64,000 nucleotides of DNA from a virus (lineage: Duplodnaviria; Caudoviricetes): positions 5,852 through 69,851 of IMG/VR virus record IMGVR_UViG_3300005438_000006, one strand, 5' to 3'. The notes under the pieces are model-generated. The model was given only the letters and a program-made list of their open reading frames with translations, ran no database searches and was not told the DNA's origin. Within the stretch, counting starts at the first letter, position 1; the number at the start of each line of letters is the position of its first letter. This document shows positions 26,550 through 36,073 of this stretch, piece by piece. The position numbers were made by a program, and so were the translations under genes.

Positions 26550-28018
26550 ATGTTCAAGGCAATCGGCAAGGTAGCGCTCAATTTGATCCTGATCTTCATG
26601 GTTGAAGACCTCGTGCGGAAGGCCGTGCGCTTGGTTCGTGGGAGGCGGCCGAGTGCAGTCTGAGCCGCCGGTCGGATTCGCTGAAGTTGAGGAGCATCAC
26701 GGTGGTGCCGACTTCGAAGCGCGTATTCGGGAGTTATTGGTGGAACAAGATCGGCTGTTGACCCCTGAGCAACGCGAGCGGCTGGAGAAGCGCGCGGCAG
26801 CCGCGGCGAGGGCGGCATTGGAAAAGAAGGTGGAGGTCAACGGCGTCCTAATGACGCGCCGGGAGTGGAAGCGCTTTATGGACGAATGTCCACACGAACA
26901 CTTCGAGCACCCCGGCGTAACGTTGATGGACGGGAGCCGGATGTCGATCTGCAAACGCTGCAAACAAATCCAACACGAGGCCATTGCCAAAATGATCGAA
27001 AAAGGAGACTTTGATGACTGAGAGTGAGAAACTTCAACTGGTCGGACTCGCAACCCTCGTCATCGAGGAACGCAAGAAATTAGATCGCACTGAAGCTTCG
27101 ATCTGCGCGTTTCTAAAAGAACACGATGTAGATGAAACCGATGCTCAGAACTGGGCTGGGGAACTCGTCTACAACGAGGGTGATGACCCCGCGGTGGCTG
27201 TGGAGCGCATTCTGAGTGTACTTGACCTGAAGGTTAAAGAGTGATTCGCGTCAAGGTTGAAATCGTTCCACACGGTAACGAGGACCGCGCTGAGGTTCTG
27301 GACACTATTCTCATCATCAACGATGGGACGATCCAGGCTCTCGGAGAGGATGAAGGCGGCTTCGGTAACTATGAAGTCCACGATGGCGGCTCAGCAGCGC
27401 ACCTAAACAACGTGGACTACCCACATATGTATGCCTCTGGCTTCATCAAACACGTCGAGCGGAACCCCGACCACCGCACCTTCCTCGCTGAGCAGGCACT
27501 TGGGGTTGCCCTGGAAGCACGCAAACTGGAGAAAGAGGGCTTCTTCAACAAGCCACATAACGTCTTCGAGCGGCCGACGCGCGACTTCAAAGATGCTCCG
27601 AACACGACTGGACATGGCTCAGATGGTGAGGGTCAGTGATCTGGCCGTGGGTCAACCCCGTGGCCTGGCTGCGCGCCGTCGTTGAAGGGGTGTGGGGATG
27701 AGCCAGCCGGATCAAGAAGCTGCGGCGGTGCGACGGGCCTGGAGCTTTCTCTTGGGCCTCAGCAGCGGAGAGATAAAGCTGCGTCCCGCGGCTGACGTGC
27801 GGGCGGAGGCGCGCGACATCGTCAGACACTTCCCACTTGGCGGCGATCTGACCGAGGCTGCTAAGCGACACGCGCCTGAACTGCTCGGCAAAGTCGAACG
27901 TGAAGCTAATCAGCTTGCACATGAAGCGGCGAAAGAATCGGCACGCGCCGACGCCGCCGAGGAGGCTCTAGCGGAGGGCGCACGCCCTATTCCAGAGTAT
28001 TTCCTCAATATGCCCTGA
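26550..28018 (+). CDS. run of hypothetical ORFs: 26550-26663, 26653-27021 (CxH/CxxC), 27014-27244, 27241-27639, 27692-28018
   Basis: SD motifs and overlaps; the last stop abuts the terL stop. Confidence 0.5.
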
Positions 28019-29497
28019 TTAACTGGTGAAGAATCCCCGCCCAGTGCCCTGACCGCCAAGCGCGAAGTCAGCTAGAGCGTGGTTGTCCCACGCCTCCGGG
28101 CGGTTCATGATGTCCTGGGGACTGTCGGGGACCGTAAAGCGGGCGGGGTCGAGGATCGTCTCGCGCAGGCGAGCCTCCGCGCTGGGATCGTCGCGCTCGA
28201 TAGCGACAATCTCGATGTCCTGGCCGCCTTCGTGGACGCGACCCCAATGCGCCAGCATCTTGGCGGCGACCATGTCGTCGTGTCCAGTGGCGGCCTCGAA
28301 CTGATAGCGGCCGCTGGCCGTCAACGTGAACTCGTAGCTCTCGAACTCCTCACGCATGTCGCTGAGGATGCGCGCGCGGCCGTGCTCCAGATCGGCGGCC
28401 AGCAGACGGGCCATCTGCTCCTTCGACTGGTTCGTGAACTGGATGGGCTTGACTTCAACGCCTGCGGCGGTAAGGTTGTCGTAGACCACGTCGCCGATGC
28501 CAGTGGAGTCCAGCAGCGCAGTGACGCCCTCTACGCCGGGTTTGTTTTCCAACTCTTCGATGGCAACGGCTATGCGGTTCTGCTGCGTCGGCCAGTCCAG
28601 TTCCTGGAAGCGCTCGAAGTAACAAGGCATCCCGTCAGCCTCCCTGTCGGCGGTGATGACGGTGAAGTCCTGCTTCTTGGCGAGGTCGATGCCGACGAAT
28701 ATATTCCCCTGCGGCTCGACAATCTCATCAATGATGGAGCCGTCGCGTTCCAGGCCCATCCCGAAAATAGAGGCGCCAGCGGCCAGGAATTCGGCCATAA
28801 TCTCCTGCCGGAAGATAATGGTCGGGAGTTCTTCCTGAGCGGCGTCGGTCTCGGCCTGTGGGATGTATGGGTTGTCGGTCTGCGCGAAGCGCCACGACTC
28901 GTAGCCGCGCTTGCCTTCCTGGCCGAGTTTCCACATCTGCCAGAACCAGTTGTGTCCACGCGGCGTGCTGATGATGAAGGCGTCGCCCCCGGTGTCCATG
29001 AGGGTCGGGCGGATAAGCTGCTGCCAGACGTTGTCCGGGATCAGGGCGGCCTCGTCCACGACGACGAAGTCCACACCCTCGCCTGCAAGGGAGTCCGGCG
29101 AGCCGCCGGAGTAGAACTCAATCATCGTGCCGTTCTTCAACTGGAGAATCTTCGTCGTGCTGGTGTAGGCGGGCGCCGGTTTCGCCAGCCACGACGGCGG
29201 AATCTGGTTGACGACCTCGCGGTATCCACGCGAGACGTTTTTGTACGTGTTAGCGATCCACCAGATCATCTGGTTAGGCTTGCGCGCCCGGCGCACGATT
29301 TCGTGGGCGGCGACCTTCGTCTTGCCCCAGCGCCGCCCGGCGGCCAGGGTGCGGAAGCGCGCCTCCGAGTTGAGGATGTCTTCCTGGCCGCCGCTGTGCG
29401 GGATCAGGAGGCGCTTGCGGAGTTCGTTGCGAGCGCGTTCTAGCGCTTCCGGGTTGTCGTGCGCTAGCGCTTCAGCGCGAGCGCGCTCATTCGCCAT
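28019..29497 (-). CDS. terL: terminase large subunit
   Basis: AAGRRWGKT Walker A, VVVDEAA, ISTPRG, GIDLAKKQDFTV, HDDMVAA. Confidence 0.95.
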   Translation of the reverse strand: MANERARAEALAHDNPEALERARNELRKRLLIPHSGGQEDILNSEARFRTLAAGRRWGKTKVAAHEIVRRARKPNQMIWWIANTYKNVSRGYREVVNQIPPSWLAKPAPAYTSTTKILQLKNGTMIEFYSGGSPDSLAGEGVDFVVVDEAALIPDNVWQQLIRPTLMDTGGDAFIISTPRGHNWFWQMWKLGQEGKRGYESWRFAQTDNPYIPQAETDAAQEELPTIIFRQEIMAEFLAAGASIFGMGLERDGSIIDEIVEPQGNIFVGIDLAKKQDFTVITADREADGMPCYFERFQELDWPTQQNRIAVAIEELENKPGVEGVTALLDSTGIGDVVYDNLTAAGVEVKPIQFTNQSKEQMARLLAADLEHGRARILSDMREEFESYEFTLTASGRYQFEAATGHDDMVAAKMLAHWGRVHEGGQDIEIVAIERDDPSAEARLRETILDPARFTVPDSPQDIMNRPEAWDNHALADFALGGQGTGRGFFTS

Positions 29498-29933
29498 CGG
29501 CGGCGTCGCCCGCGATCTTGCGTGCCAACTCCGGGTCGTCTATGGCGGCACCAAACAGATCGTCGGCCGCCTGCGCGGGGTCGATGCGCTCCGACTCGTC
29601 TAGGGCGTCGCGGGCGGGCGCAATCTCTTTGCGGATTTTGATTATCTCGTCCACCGTCAGTTCGTCGGGGTTTTCGAGCCGCGCGGCGATGGCGGCGTCG
29701 GTGCCGCGGACGATGCGGCTGACGCGTTCACGCATGAGGGCGTGGATTTTGTTCGTGACCTGAGAGTCGTGGCGCCAGTTGATGATGGTGTTCTTGACCG
29801 GCACGTCCTCGATTTCGGCGAACTCGCTGTGGACCGTCTCGGCGATCTGTTTGTTCGTGGCGCCGTCAACCCAAAGCTCCGCAATGCGGTCGCGGAGACC
29901 GTCAACCCGATCCAGGGTGTTCGTCATGCCCAT
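29487..29933 (-). CDS. putative terminase small subunit (HTH), leaderless
   Basis: Immediately upstream of terL; HTH-like ATNKQIAETV; TATACT 6 nt before ATG 29933. Confidence 0.65.
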   Translation of the reverse strand: MGMTNTLDRVDGLRDRIAELWVDGATNKQIAETVHSEFAEIEDVPVKNTIINWRHDSQVTNKIHALMRERVSRIVRGTDAAIAARLENPDELTVDEIIKIRKEIAPARDALDESERIDPAQAADDLFGAAIDDPELARKIAGDAADGE

Positions 29934-29950
29934 CCATCCAGTATACCGCA

Positions 29951-30025
29951 AGCCCACTGCCGGGATTGAACCGGCGACCTCTCCGTTACGAAGGGAGCGC
30001 TCTGAGCCGTCTGAGCTAAGCGGGC
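29951..30025 (-). tRNA. tRNA-Thr(CGT)
   Basis: Full cloverleaf; loop TT-CGT-AA; no encoded CCA. Confidence 0.9.
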
Positions 30026-30041
30026 AAGGCCAGGGTACCAC

Positions 30042-30081
30042 GAAGAAGGACCGCCCCTATCCCACGGCGCTTAGGGGCGGT
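30042..30081 (-). terminator. putative intrinsic terminator
   Basis: 10-bp stem ACCGCCCCTA/TAGGGGCGGT followed by CCTTCTT. Confidence 0.45.
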
Positions 30082-30205
30082 GATGCTGGCGGGAGGCGAC
30101 AATGTCGCGTCTACTTGGGACCAGCGGCAGCGTGAGTCCAGGGTCTAGAAACTCCCGGCTCTGGAGGTTTAGCCTTCCCTCCAGAACCAGCGTATCACGT
30201 AGGGC

Positions 30206-30239
30206 AAACAAAACTCCCCCTATCCCACATTTGGGGGAG
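30206..30239 (-). terminator. intrinsic terminator
   Basis: CTCCCCC/GGGGGAG stem followed by TTTTGTTT. Confidence 0.65.
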
Positions 30240-30300
30240 AACAGCGGCCGGAGGGCAGTGGGACCGGCTAATGTCGTGCCTTAATCGGACAGACAGTGTA

Positions 30301-30522
30301 TCACGCCGAGAGGTTCGGGAACTTGACGGGCGTGACCTTCTTCCGTGCCTTGATCGCAGCGACGATGTAAGAGCCGAATCCGACCGCGGCCAGCGCGAAG
30401 GTGACGAGCGTACCCGGATCGACAGTGACGCCGACGACGCCAGCGGCAAGCGCTACAACGGTAGCGATGGCCGTATAGGCGGCTACAGGCTCGGTCTCAG
30501 TTACAGTGGGCTGAGTGGACAA
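30301..30522 (-). CDS. holin
   Basis: Two TM segments, EPV...RKKVTP pattern of actinophage holins, next to lysins. Confidence 0.75.
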   Translation of the reverse strand: MSTQPTVTETEPVAAYTAIATVVALAAGVVGVTVDPGTLVTFALAAVGFGSYIVAAIKARKKVTPVKFPNLSA

Positions 30523-30539
30523 TTTTACCTCCCCTCTAG

Positions 30540-31034
30540 TCAGTGGGTGATGTGGCGATGCTCGATGATAGCAAGGGTGTTGGGCGTCCGGTTGTGCTTG
30601 ATGTCGTCAAGCACCGCGAGAACCAGGGAAAGGGACGTGCCCCAACGCGATTCACCAAAGCCGCGGACGATGGCCGTCGCGGGCGCGTTGGCGCGCAGCC
30701 GCCGCCGGATGACCTCATAGCCGAAGCCGTTCTGTTTCAGGGTGAGGATGGTGGCCTTGATGCCGTCCTGGGGCGTGTCGTAGTTGCGGACGCAGACTGA
30801 ATTGGCGCAGGTCGAGCCGGGTAGCGGCCAGGTCGTGTTGTAGGGGTTATTGATCCCGCCCGGACCCTCAGTCTGCTGCTCGGCGGCCAGCGCGCGGCGC
30901 GTATGCAGCGTGACCTCCGCTCCGAGTCCTTTGGTGATAGCAGCGTTGAAGTTGCCGACCGTGTAGGCACCCGCAGACGGCGCCCCAAACAGCAGGGCGA
31001 AGACAACCGCGAGTGAGACGAGGAAGCGCTTCAT
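30540..31034 (-). CDS. secreted lysozyme/transglycosylase-like protein
   Basis: Signal peptide (...APSAGA), catalytic-like QTEG, NPYNTT...VRNYDTPQDGIKATILTL. Confidence 0.6.
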   Translation of the reverse strand: MKRFLVSLAVVFALLFGAPSAGAYTVGNFNAAITKGLGAEVTLHTRRALAAEQQTEGPGGINNPYNTTWPLPGSTCANSVCVRNYDTPQDGIKATILTLKQNGFGYEVIRRRLRANAPATAIVRGFGESRWGTSLSLVLAVLDDIKHNRTPNTLAIIEHRHITH

Positions 31035-31765
31035 GGCCGCAGGAGCACTATGTCGCGCTTCCGGCGCTTCCGGCCGCCGGTCTTGATCTGGGGCAGTTTC
31101 CGCTTGTGGTCGCGAACAATCCGCTTACGCTTGTTGCGCGCGACGTACTGCTTGTGGAAGACTGCGGAGATGCGGTGTGCGGTTTCCTCGCCGATCTTGC
31201 CGTCAACCTCCAGGCCCTGGTCACGCTGGAAGTCCTTGACTGCATCGACAACGGCGTCCTTGTACTTCCAGAAGTTGCGCGACAGGTAACCGTGTTTCTT
31301 GCCTTTGGGATGGATGAAGGTGAGGCGTTTGGTGTACCAAACGACGCGTTTGCCCTTCATCCCATGCTTGAGCACCTTGAACGGACCAGGGAAGTCGCCC
31401 GGTTCCGCGGTGCAGTTGACGTGCCACCACTCAGAGAAGGCTTCGGTCTTGAACCACTTGAAGCGCGCGCCGTGGTCATCAATCCAAGAACGCATCCAGG
31501 TGAGCTTCAGGTCTACGGCCCGGCCGCAGCCATGCTCAGACGTGCCAGGCACCGCTGCCGGCGGCCCACCGGCCTGGAAGACGGCCCAAGTGTGGTTTTG
31601 GCCCGGAAGGTCGCGGTACGTGCTCAGTTCTGGCCCAGTCGGTTCCAGTCCAGCCTTGGCGGGACCAGCTTCCCAAGCGTACGCGCAAGGCTTCAGCAGA
31701 CGGCCGTAGGGCTTGATGGGCGCCAGTTGCGAGTCCGGGAAGCGGCCGTTATTCGAGCAGGGCAT
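31031..31765 (-). CDS. endolysin: M15/VanY-like peptidase plus PG-binding domain
   Basis: TYRDL..Q, PGTSEHGCGRAVD, EWWH; AVKDFQRDQGLEVDGKIGEET. Confidence 0.88.
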   Translation of the reverse strand: MPCSNNGRFPDSQLAPIKPYGRLLKPCAYAWEAGPAKAGLEPTGPELSTYRDLPGQNHTWAVFQAGGPPAAVPGTSEHGCGRAVDLKLTWMRSWIDDHGARFKWFKTEAFSEWWHVNCTAEPGDFPGPFKVLKHGMKGKRVVWYTKRLTFIHPKGKKHGYLSRNFWKYKDAVVDAVKDFQRDQGLEVDGKIGEETAHRISAVFHKQYVARNKRKRIVRDHKRKLPQIKTGGRKRRKRDIVLLRP

Positions 31766-31846
31766 GAAGCTAGTCTAGCAGTTCTGCGGTTGCATGATCG
31801 TGCGAGATTGGCTCAAAACGTGGCATTTTGCCATGTTTTCGCACGA

Positions 31847-32737
31847 TCATGCAGGAACGCGGAGCTTGGCGCCGAGCGTGAAATTGGGAACCGCGCTGTA
31901 GTAAGGCAGTGCGAGACCAGCCTTGTAGGCTGCCTGCGACGCCGAAGACGACTCAATCGGCCACTCCCAAGTGCGGTTCTTCTCGAAGATGTTCCAGTTG
32001 AACCAGATCAGCGCCTTGACGGCTGGGAAGCGTTCCGGTAGCGCCTTCGTGAGGAGGTTCGTCAACCAGGCGGCCTTATTGCCGCCATTCTCGACGCAGC
32101 CCGTCTCGCAGATCATCATCGGCCGATTGGGGGCGAGTAGGCGCAGCCGGTCGTACGTTGCCTTGAAGACTTCGTAGGGCGAGTGCCACGGTTCAGCGCG
32201 GTTGTAGCCGTCGATGCCGACCCAATCGACGTATGCCTCGCCGGGGAAGTAGGGCGCGGGATCAGAGGCAGAATCCCAGATCGTGTTTGGGCACCAGACG
32301 AAGCTGACGTTGGGCGCAATGGCGCGGATGCGGGAGACGTAGCGCCGCCAGGCAGCCACAAAGCCGGACTTGCGTCCCCAGCCGAACCACGTTCCGTTCA
32401 TCTCCCACCCCGGCCGCAGGAGGATCGGGTAACCCCACGCCTTGCACTTGGCGGCGAAGGCGTCGATGGTCGCATCAAGCGAGCCGGAGTTGATGCTATC
32501 TACCGGGAAGTCCACGGAGATGAGTGACACGGCGCCACGCGTTTTGGCAATGTTGAGGGCGTTCGTGTCGAGCGCGCCGAACGGCTGTCCCCAATGCAGG
32601 ATCGTGGGGGCGCGACCGGCGTGCTGCGTCCAAAGGTCGTAGGTCTGCGTATTCCAGGGGGCGTCGCTGAGGCCGTAGGGTTCGCCGTCTGCGCGGGCGC
32701 CCTGATAGATGGCCTTGGTGGAAGTCTTGAATGCCAC
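31847..32737 (-). CDS. glycoside hydrolase family 26
   Basis: LLRPGWEMNGTWFGWG, YFPGEAYVDWVGIDGYN, PMMICETG. Confidence 0.88.
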   Translation of the reverse strand: MAFKTSTKAIYQGARADGEPYGLSDAPWNTQTYDLWTQHAGRAPTILHWGQPFGALDTNALNIAKTRGAVSLISVDFPVDSINSGSLDATIDAFAAKCKAWGYPILLRPGWEMNGTWFGWGRKSGFVAAWRRYVSRIRAIAPNVSFVWCPNTIWDSASDPAPYFPGEAYVDWVGIDGYNRAEPWHSPYEVFKATYDRLRLLAPNRPMMICETGCVENGGNKAAWLTNLLTKALPERFPAVKALIWFNWNIFEKNRTWEWPIESSSASQAAYKAGLALPYYSAVPNFTLGAKLRVPA

Positions 32738-32746
32738 AGAGCTAGC

Positions 32747-33226
32747 TTAGCATGCAATCCACTGAATTTTGACGTTGGTATTGAGCGTGCCGCCGCTGAC
32801 GGTCGCTTGAATTTTGAAGGTGGTAGAGCCTGGAGTGCCAATGATATTTGGAATAACAAATATGCTGCCCGACTTAACGGGACCAAACGCTATTGCCGTT
32901 GGGGTCGTTCCAAGCCCGTGGGTAACGGTAACTTCGTTTGAGAAAGCGCTCGAAGAGAAGGTTACTTCAGCAACCCCCCGAGCGATTGGGATTTCCGAGC
33001 CAGCCGGTCCCTGCGGACCAACTGGACCTTCCGGTCCTTCTGCACCGTTGGCGCTGCCGAAAGCGCGGCCGCCGCTGCGGGCTAGATCATCAGTCTCGGA
33101 GACCTTGCGAGCGCCACGCTCAGCGCCGGACACAGACATATCACGAGGATCACGCGCCAAATTCTTCACCGCCTTCATCAATAAGTACCGGCACCGTCGT
33201 TGCGGCACCTGACTCGCTAATGTCAA
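32747..33226 (-). CDS. tail-tip/fibre small protein (short collagen-like repeat plus beta-domain)
   Basis: GPEGPVGPQGPAG; VTVTHGLGTTP...WIA. Confidence 0.6.
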   Translation of the reverse strand: MTLASQVPQRRCRYLLMKAVKNLARDPRDMSVSGAERGARKVSETDDLARSGGRAFGSANGAEGPEGPVGPQGPAGSEIPIARGVAEVTFSSSAFSNEVTVTHGLGTTPTAIAFGPVKSGSIFVIPNIIGTPGSTTFKIQATVSGGTLNTNVKIQWIAC

Positions 33227-34247
33227 AGCGAACCTGATAGATGCGAACTTTACCGTTGAAGAGAGTTACGTTACCAAATACGGCGCGAGCCGTTGCCGTG
33301 TCGCCCAAGTTGAAGTCCGTCCCATAGATAGGCACACGACCTTCGTTATCAGCCCGATCAAGCGTCATGGCAACGACGTACCGCGGGTTCTTTTTGATGC
33401 GAATGACCTCTTCCAGCCATTTTTCACGCAAGGTAGAGTCGCTAAGACCGTAGGCATCAGCAATAGCTTCAAAGCGGCCGCGGTAGGATTCTGACGTGGC
33501 ATCGTTCTTCACCTTGACAATCGAGCCTTCCGTCTCTACACCATCGTCAGGGAGATGGAACGCACGGTTAGTGAGGTTGGAGAGGTCGCGCACGTAGTTC
33601 ATGGAACGCACGTTCTTCTTGCCCCAACCCCGCTCAAACGAAGCTTTCGTTTCCACACCGATAGTTGGTTTCGCGACGAACAGCCCGGTTTTAGTTTCGG
33701 GTTCAGCGAGGTACGGTTCCATGCGCCAGTCGAAGCCATCGAACCCGTGCGCTAGATCGTTGACGCACGATAGCGCCGTCTTGTAGGGACCAGCCTTGTA
33801 GTTACCTGATCCAGAAGCGCTGTATTCGCCTTCAGCCGCCAGCTTAACGCCAGAGTCACCTTCACCGTTTACTTCGTTGATGATTTTGCGCGCCGTTTTT
33901 GCCTTGTCTCCGCTGTGAGCAGTTCCACCAGAAGACTTGCCGGTAAGCCGCCGGGAAAGCTTCCAGGCCGCGTCCGCGGACGTGATCTTCACGGTCGGCA
34001 TTAGCTGCCCATCGTCCTGCGCCAACTCAGACGTGATGACATAACCGTAGTACCGGAGTTCTTTATCCTGATATACCCGAAGTTTAGTATCTTCTGCCAT
34101 CAGCGGGACCAAAAGATCGTTATCTGCCCGGACACTGAACGATGCGGTTGACGCACGGTTCAGTGCAAGCGTCACCGTGCGATCCTTTGCATTCAATACC
34201 TCACCGATACGTTTGCCATCCAGTTGGCACAACTCAAACGTCCACAT
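33150..34247 (-). CDS. minor tail protein (siphovirus hub/Gp37-like)
   Basis: Follows the distal tail gene; start ATG 34247 overlaps the upstream TAA. Confidence 0.75.
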   Translation of the reverse strand: MWTFELCQLDGKRIGEVLNAKDRTVTLALNRASTASFSVRADNDLLVPLMAEDTKLRVYQDKELRYYGYVITSELAQDDGQLMPTVKITSADAAWKLSRRLTGKSSGGTAHSGDKAKTARKIINEVNGEGDSGVKLAAEGEYSASGSGNYKAGPYKTALSCVNDLAHGFDGFDWRMEPYLAEPETKTGLFVAKPTIGVETKASFERGWGKKNVRSMNYVRDLSNLTNRAFHLPDDGVETEGSIVKVKNDATSESYRGRFEAIADAYGLSDSTLREKWLEEVIRIKKNPRYVVAMTLDRADNEGRVPIYGTDFNLGDTATARAVFGNVTLFNGKVRIYQVRFDISESGAATTVPVLIDEGGEEFGA

Positions 34248-36073
34248 TAGAGATAGGTATCGTAGTAGGAAATTACGCAGCGCCCATTCGGGCAAAGCAG
34301 CTTCGTTTTACCTGGGCGCAACTTGAACCAATTGCTTTTTTCAAATTCTAGCCAATCGTAAATGTTGCCAAATACATTGCTGAGAAAGATCGTACGGTTT
34401 TTGGTGTCAATGGTTACAGTAGCGCCTTCTTCAAGAACACCAAATTCAATAGATAGTTCCTCACCAGTGCTTTCGTTTATAAGCCGTAGAGGCCCTGCCA
34501 TTGGTCCATACAGCACCGCTTTGAAATCTGCTGGAGCATCACCGGCATTTTCGATTTCAATCGGCGTGGTGTAGTAAACGGTCGTTGAGATAGCATCAAC
34601 TTCAGCAACAACTGCTTCAATGTTAAGCTGCTCTGATACGCTTATCGCCAGACCCCAGTTAGCCGATTCAACATCAGCTTTAGTGAGCGTGTTGCCCCAA
34701 AGATGCCATTTACCCCACCCCGGAGAAATTGCCGGGTTAGGTATAGGCATCACAGCCTCCGTGCCGGGGAAGATCGTAACGGAAGCCTGATTTTCCCCGC
34801 CAATTACGCCGTTCTTGATGATCTGACCTTTAGTGAGGCGAACCTGGCCAACACCGCTTGCCAAACGCCCCTCCACGAATCCTTCGATACCGAGCATTGA
34901 CGCTCCCGTGGGGAAAACGTGTCCGAATGACGTACCGCGCAGCCAGTTGCTGATTGAAGATTTTGGAAGGTTGACAGATGCGCGAACATTGTCAGAGAGT
35001 TTAATGTTACTCGGGTTCGTCCACGCCACCGTTCCGATCCCCGCTTCGGTCGCCCCCGCCCCAGCGAATTTTGGACCAGAGGTAAATACTGGCAGTTCTT
35101 TCACGTTTTCAACGGTGGAAAACATCTCAGCGTCGTTGCTGTATAGCGGAACCTGGAACTCTTTGACGTACCCTTTCGTAATACGCAGCGGCTGTTGCCG
35201 CCGAACATTGAGGCGCACGCCCGCGGTCGGGCCACCGAGGGGATAATGCGTCAGTTTGGCATCCGCGCGCATCGCGTTAGCGGATGCCTTCAACTTGCCG
35301 ACCTTGGTATTACGGTCGGTCGCCGATGATGCAATAATGACGCCGCCAAGAACGACCGGCCGCCCCGCGAAGAAGTTGTTGCCCTGTACCTGGCCGTCAT
35401 CTTCCGTGCGGTCCTGTACGTCCTCACGAATATCAGGGCTATCTAGTCCTGAAGATTTTTCTGGGTCAAGCGATCCAACGAAATCGGGATCGCTTGAGTC
35501 GTTGAACACTGCCCGTGGACCGTTTTCCCGGTAGGTAACGTTATCGACCTGCACGTTATAGGTGTCATTAGCGACAGCGGAAGTGCCAACTACGACGAGC
35601 GTGGCACGAGTAGCGTTGGCAGGGGCGGTCGCCAGCGGCACCGTAAGCTCAGTTACCCCAGTGCCAGTAAACAATTCACCCTGCGTCGTACTAAGGAACA
35701 CGCCGCCGTTATACCAGTCAATGCGCAGACGAATGCCAGATTCAAGCTTGTCGATGACGTTCACAGCGGCCGTGGCAGTGTACTTGTTTCCTGGCTGCGT
35801 GTCTCCTTCTGGGGTAGTAGTCGAGTAGGACATCGTCCGCGCAGTAGCCGTGTTGTCCTTTTTTCCTTTCAACGCAGCTACGAATCCGCCGCTGCTACCT
35901 GCGAAAGTCGCAGCTTCGCGCGTCGCGGTAGCTTCCGTCCAGCTTGCGGCAACCAGCGACCAATTAGCCAAATCAGTCTCAAAGCTTGGATTCAGCGTTT
36001 GATTATCACTTGAAATTGGCGCTGGTCCTTCAAGCACAAATTTGCAGCCGTATTCTACGCCGAGCGAGGTCAT
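34247..36073 (-). CDS. distal tail protein with inserted carbohydrate-binding-like modules
   Basis: Follows TMP; LNPSFETDLANW CBM-like start; C-terminal IENAGDAP...WFKLRPGK Dit motif. Confidence 0.78.
   Translation of the reverse strand: MTSLGVEYGCKFVLEGPAPISSDNQTLNPSFETDLANWSLVAASWTEATATREAATFAGSSGGFVAALKGKKDNTATARTMSYSTTTPEGDTQPGNKYTATAAVNVIDKLESGIRLRIDWYNGGVFLSTTQGELFTGTGVTELTVPLATAPANATRATLVVVGTSAVANDTYNVQVDNVTYRENGPRAVFNDSSDPDFVGSLDPEKSSGLDSPDIREDVQDRTEDDGQVQGNNFFAGRPVVLGGVIIASSATDRNTKVGKLKASANAMRADAKLTHYPLGGPTAGVRLNVRRQQPLRITKGYVKEFQVPLYSNDAEMFSTVENVKELPVFTSGPKFAGAGATEAGIGTVAWTNPSNIKLSDNVRASVNLPKSSISNWLRGTSFGHVFPTGASMLGIEGFVEGRLASGVGQVRLTKGQIIKNGVIGGENQASVTIFPGTEAVMPIPNPAISPGWGKWHLWGNTLTKADVESANWGLAISVSEQLNIEAVVAEVDAISTTVYYTTPIEIENAGDAPADFKAVLYGPMAGPLRLINESTGEELSIEFGVLEEGATVTIDTKNRTIFLSNVFGNIYDWLEFEKSNWFKLRPGKTKLLCPNGRCVISYYDTYL

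Noticed and set aside
28079-29443. 454-aa + strand ORF antisense to terminase, and similar long antisense ORFs at 46342-47652, 50766-52187, 21512-22657 and 12464-13297
   Set aside because: Shadow ORFs expected from high GC3 codon bias; no motifs, and the opposite strand encodes a well-recognised protein.
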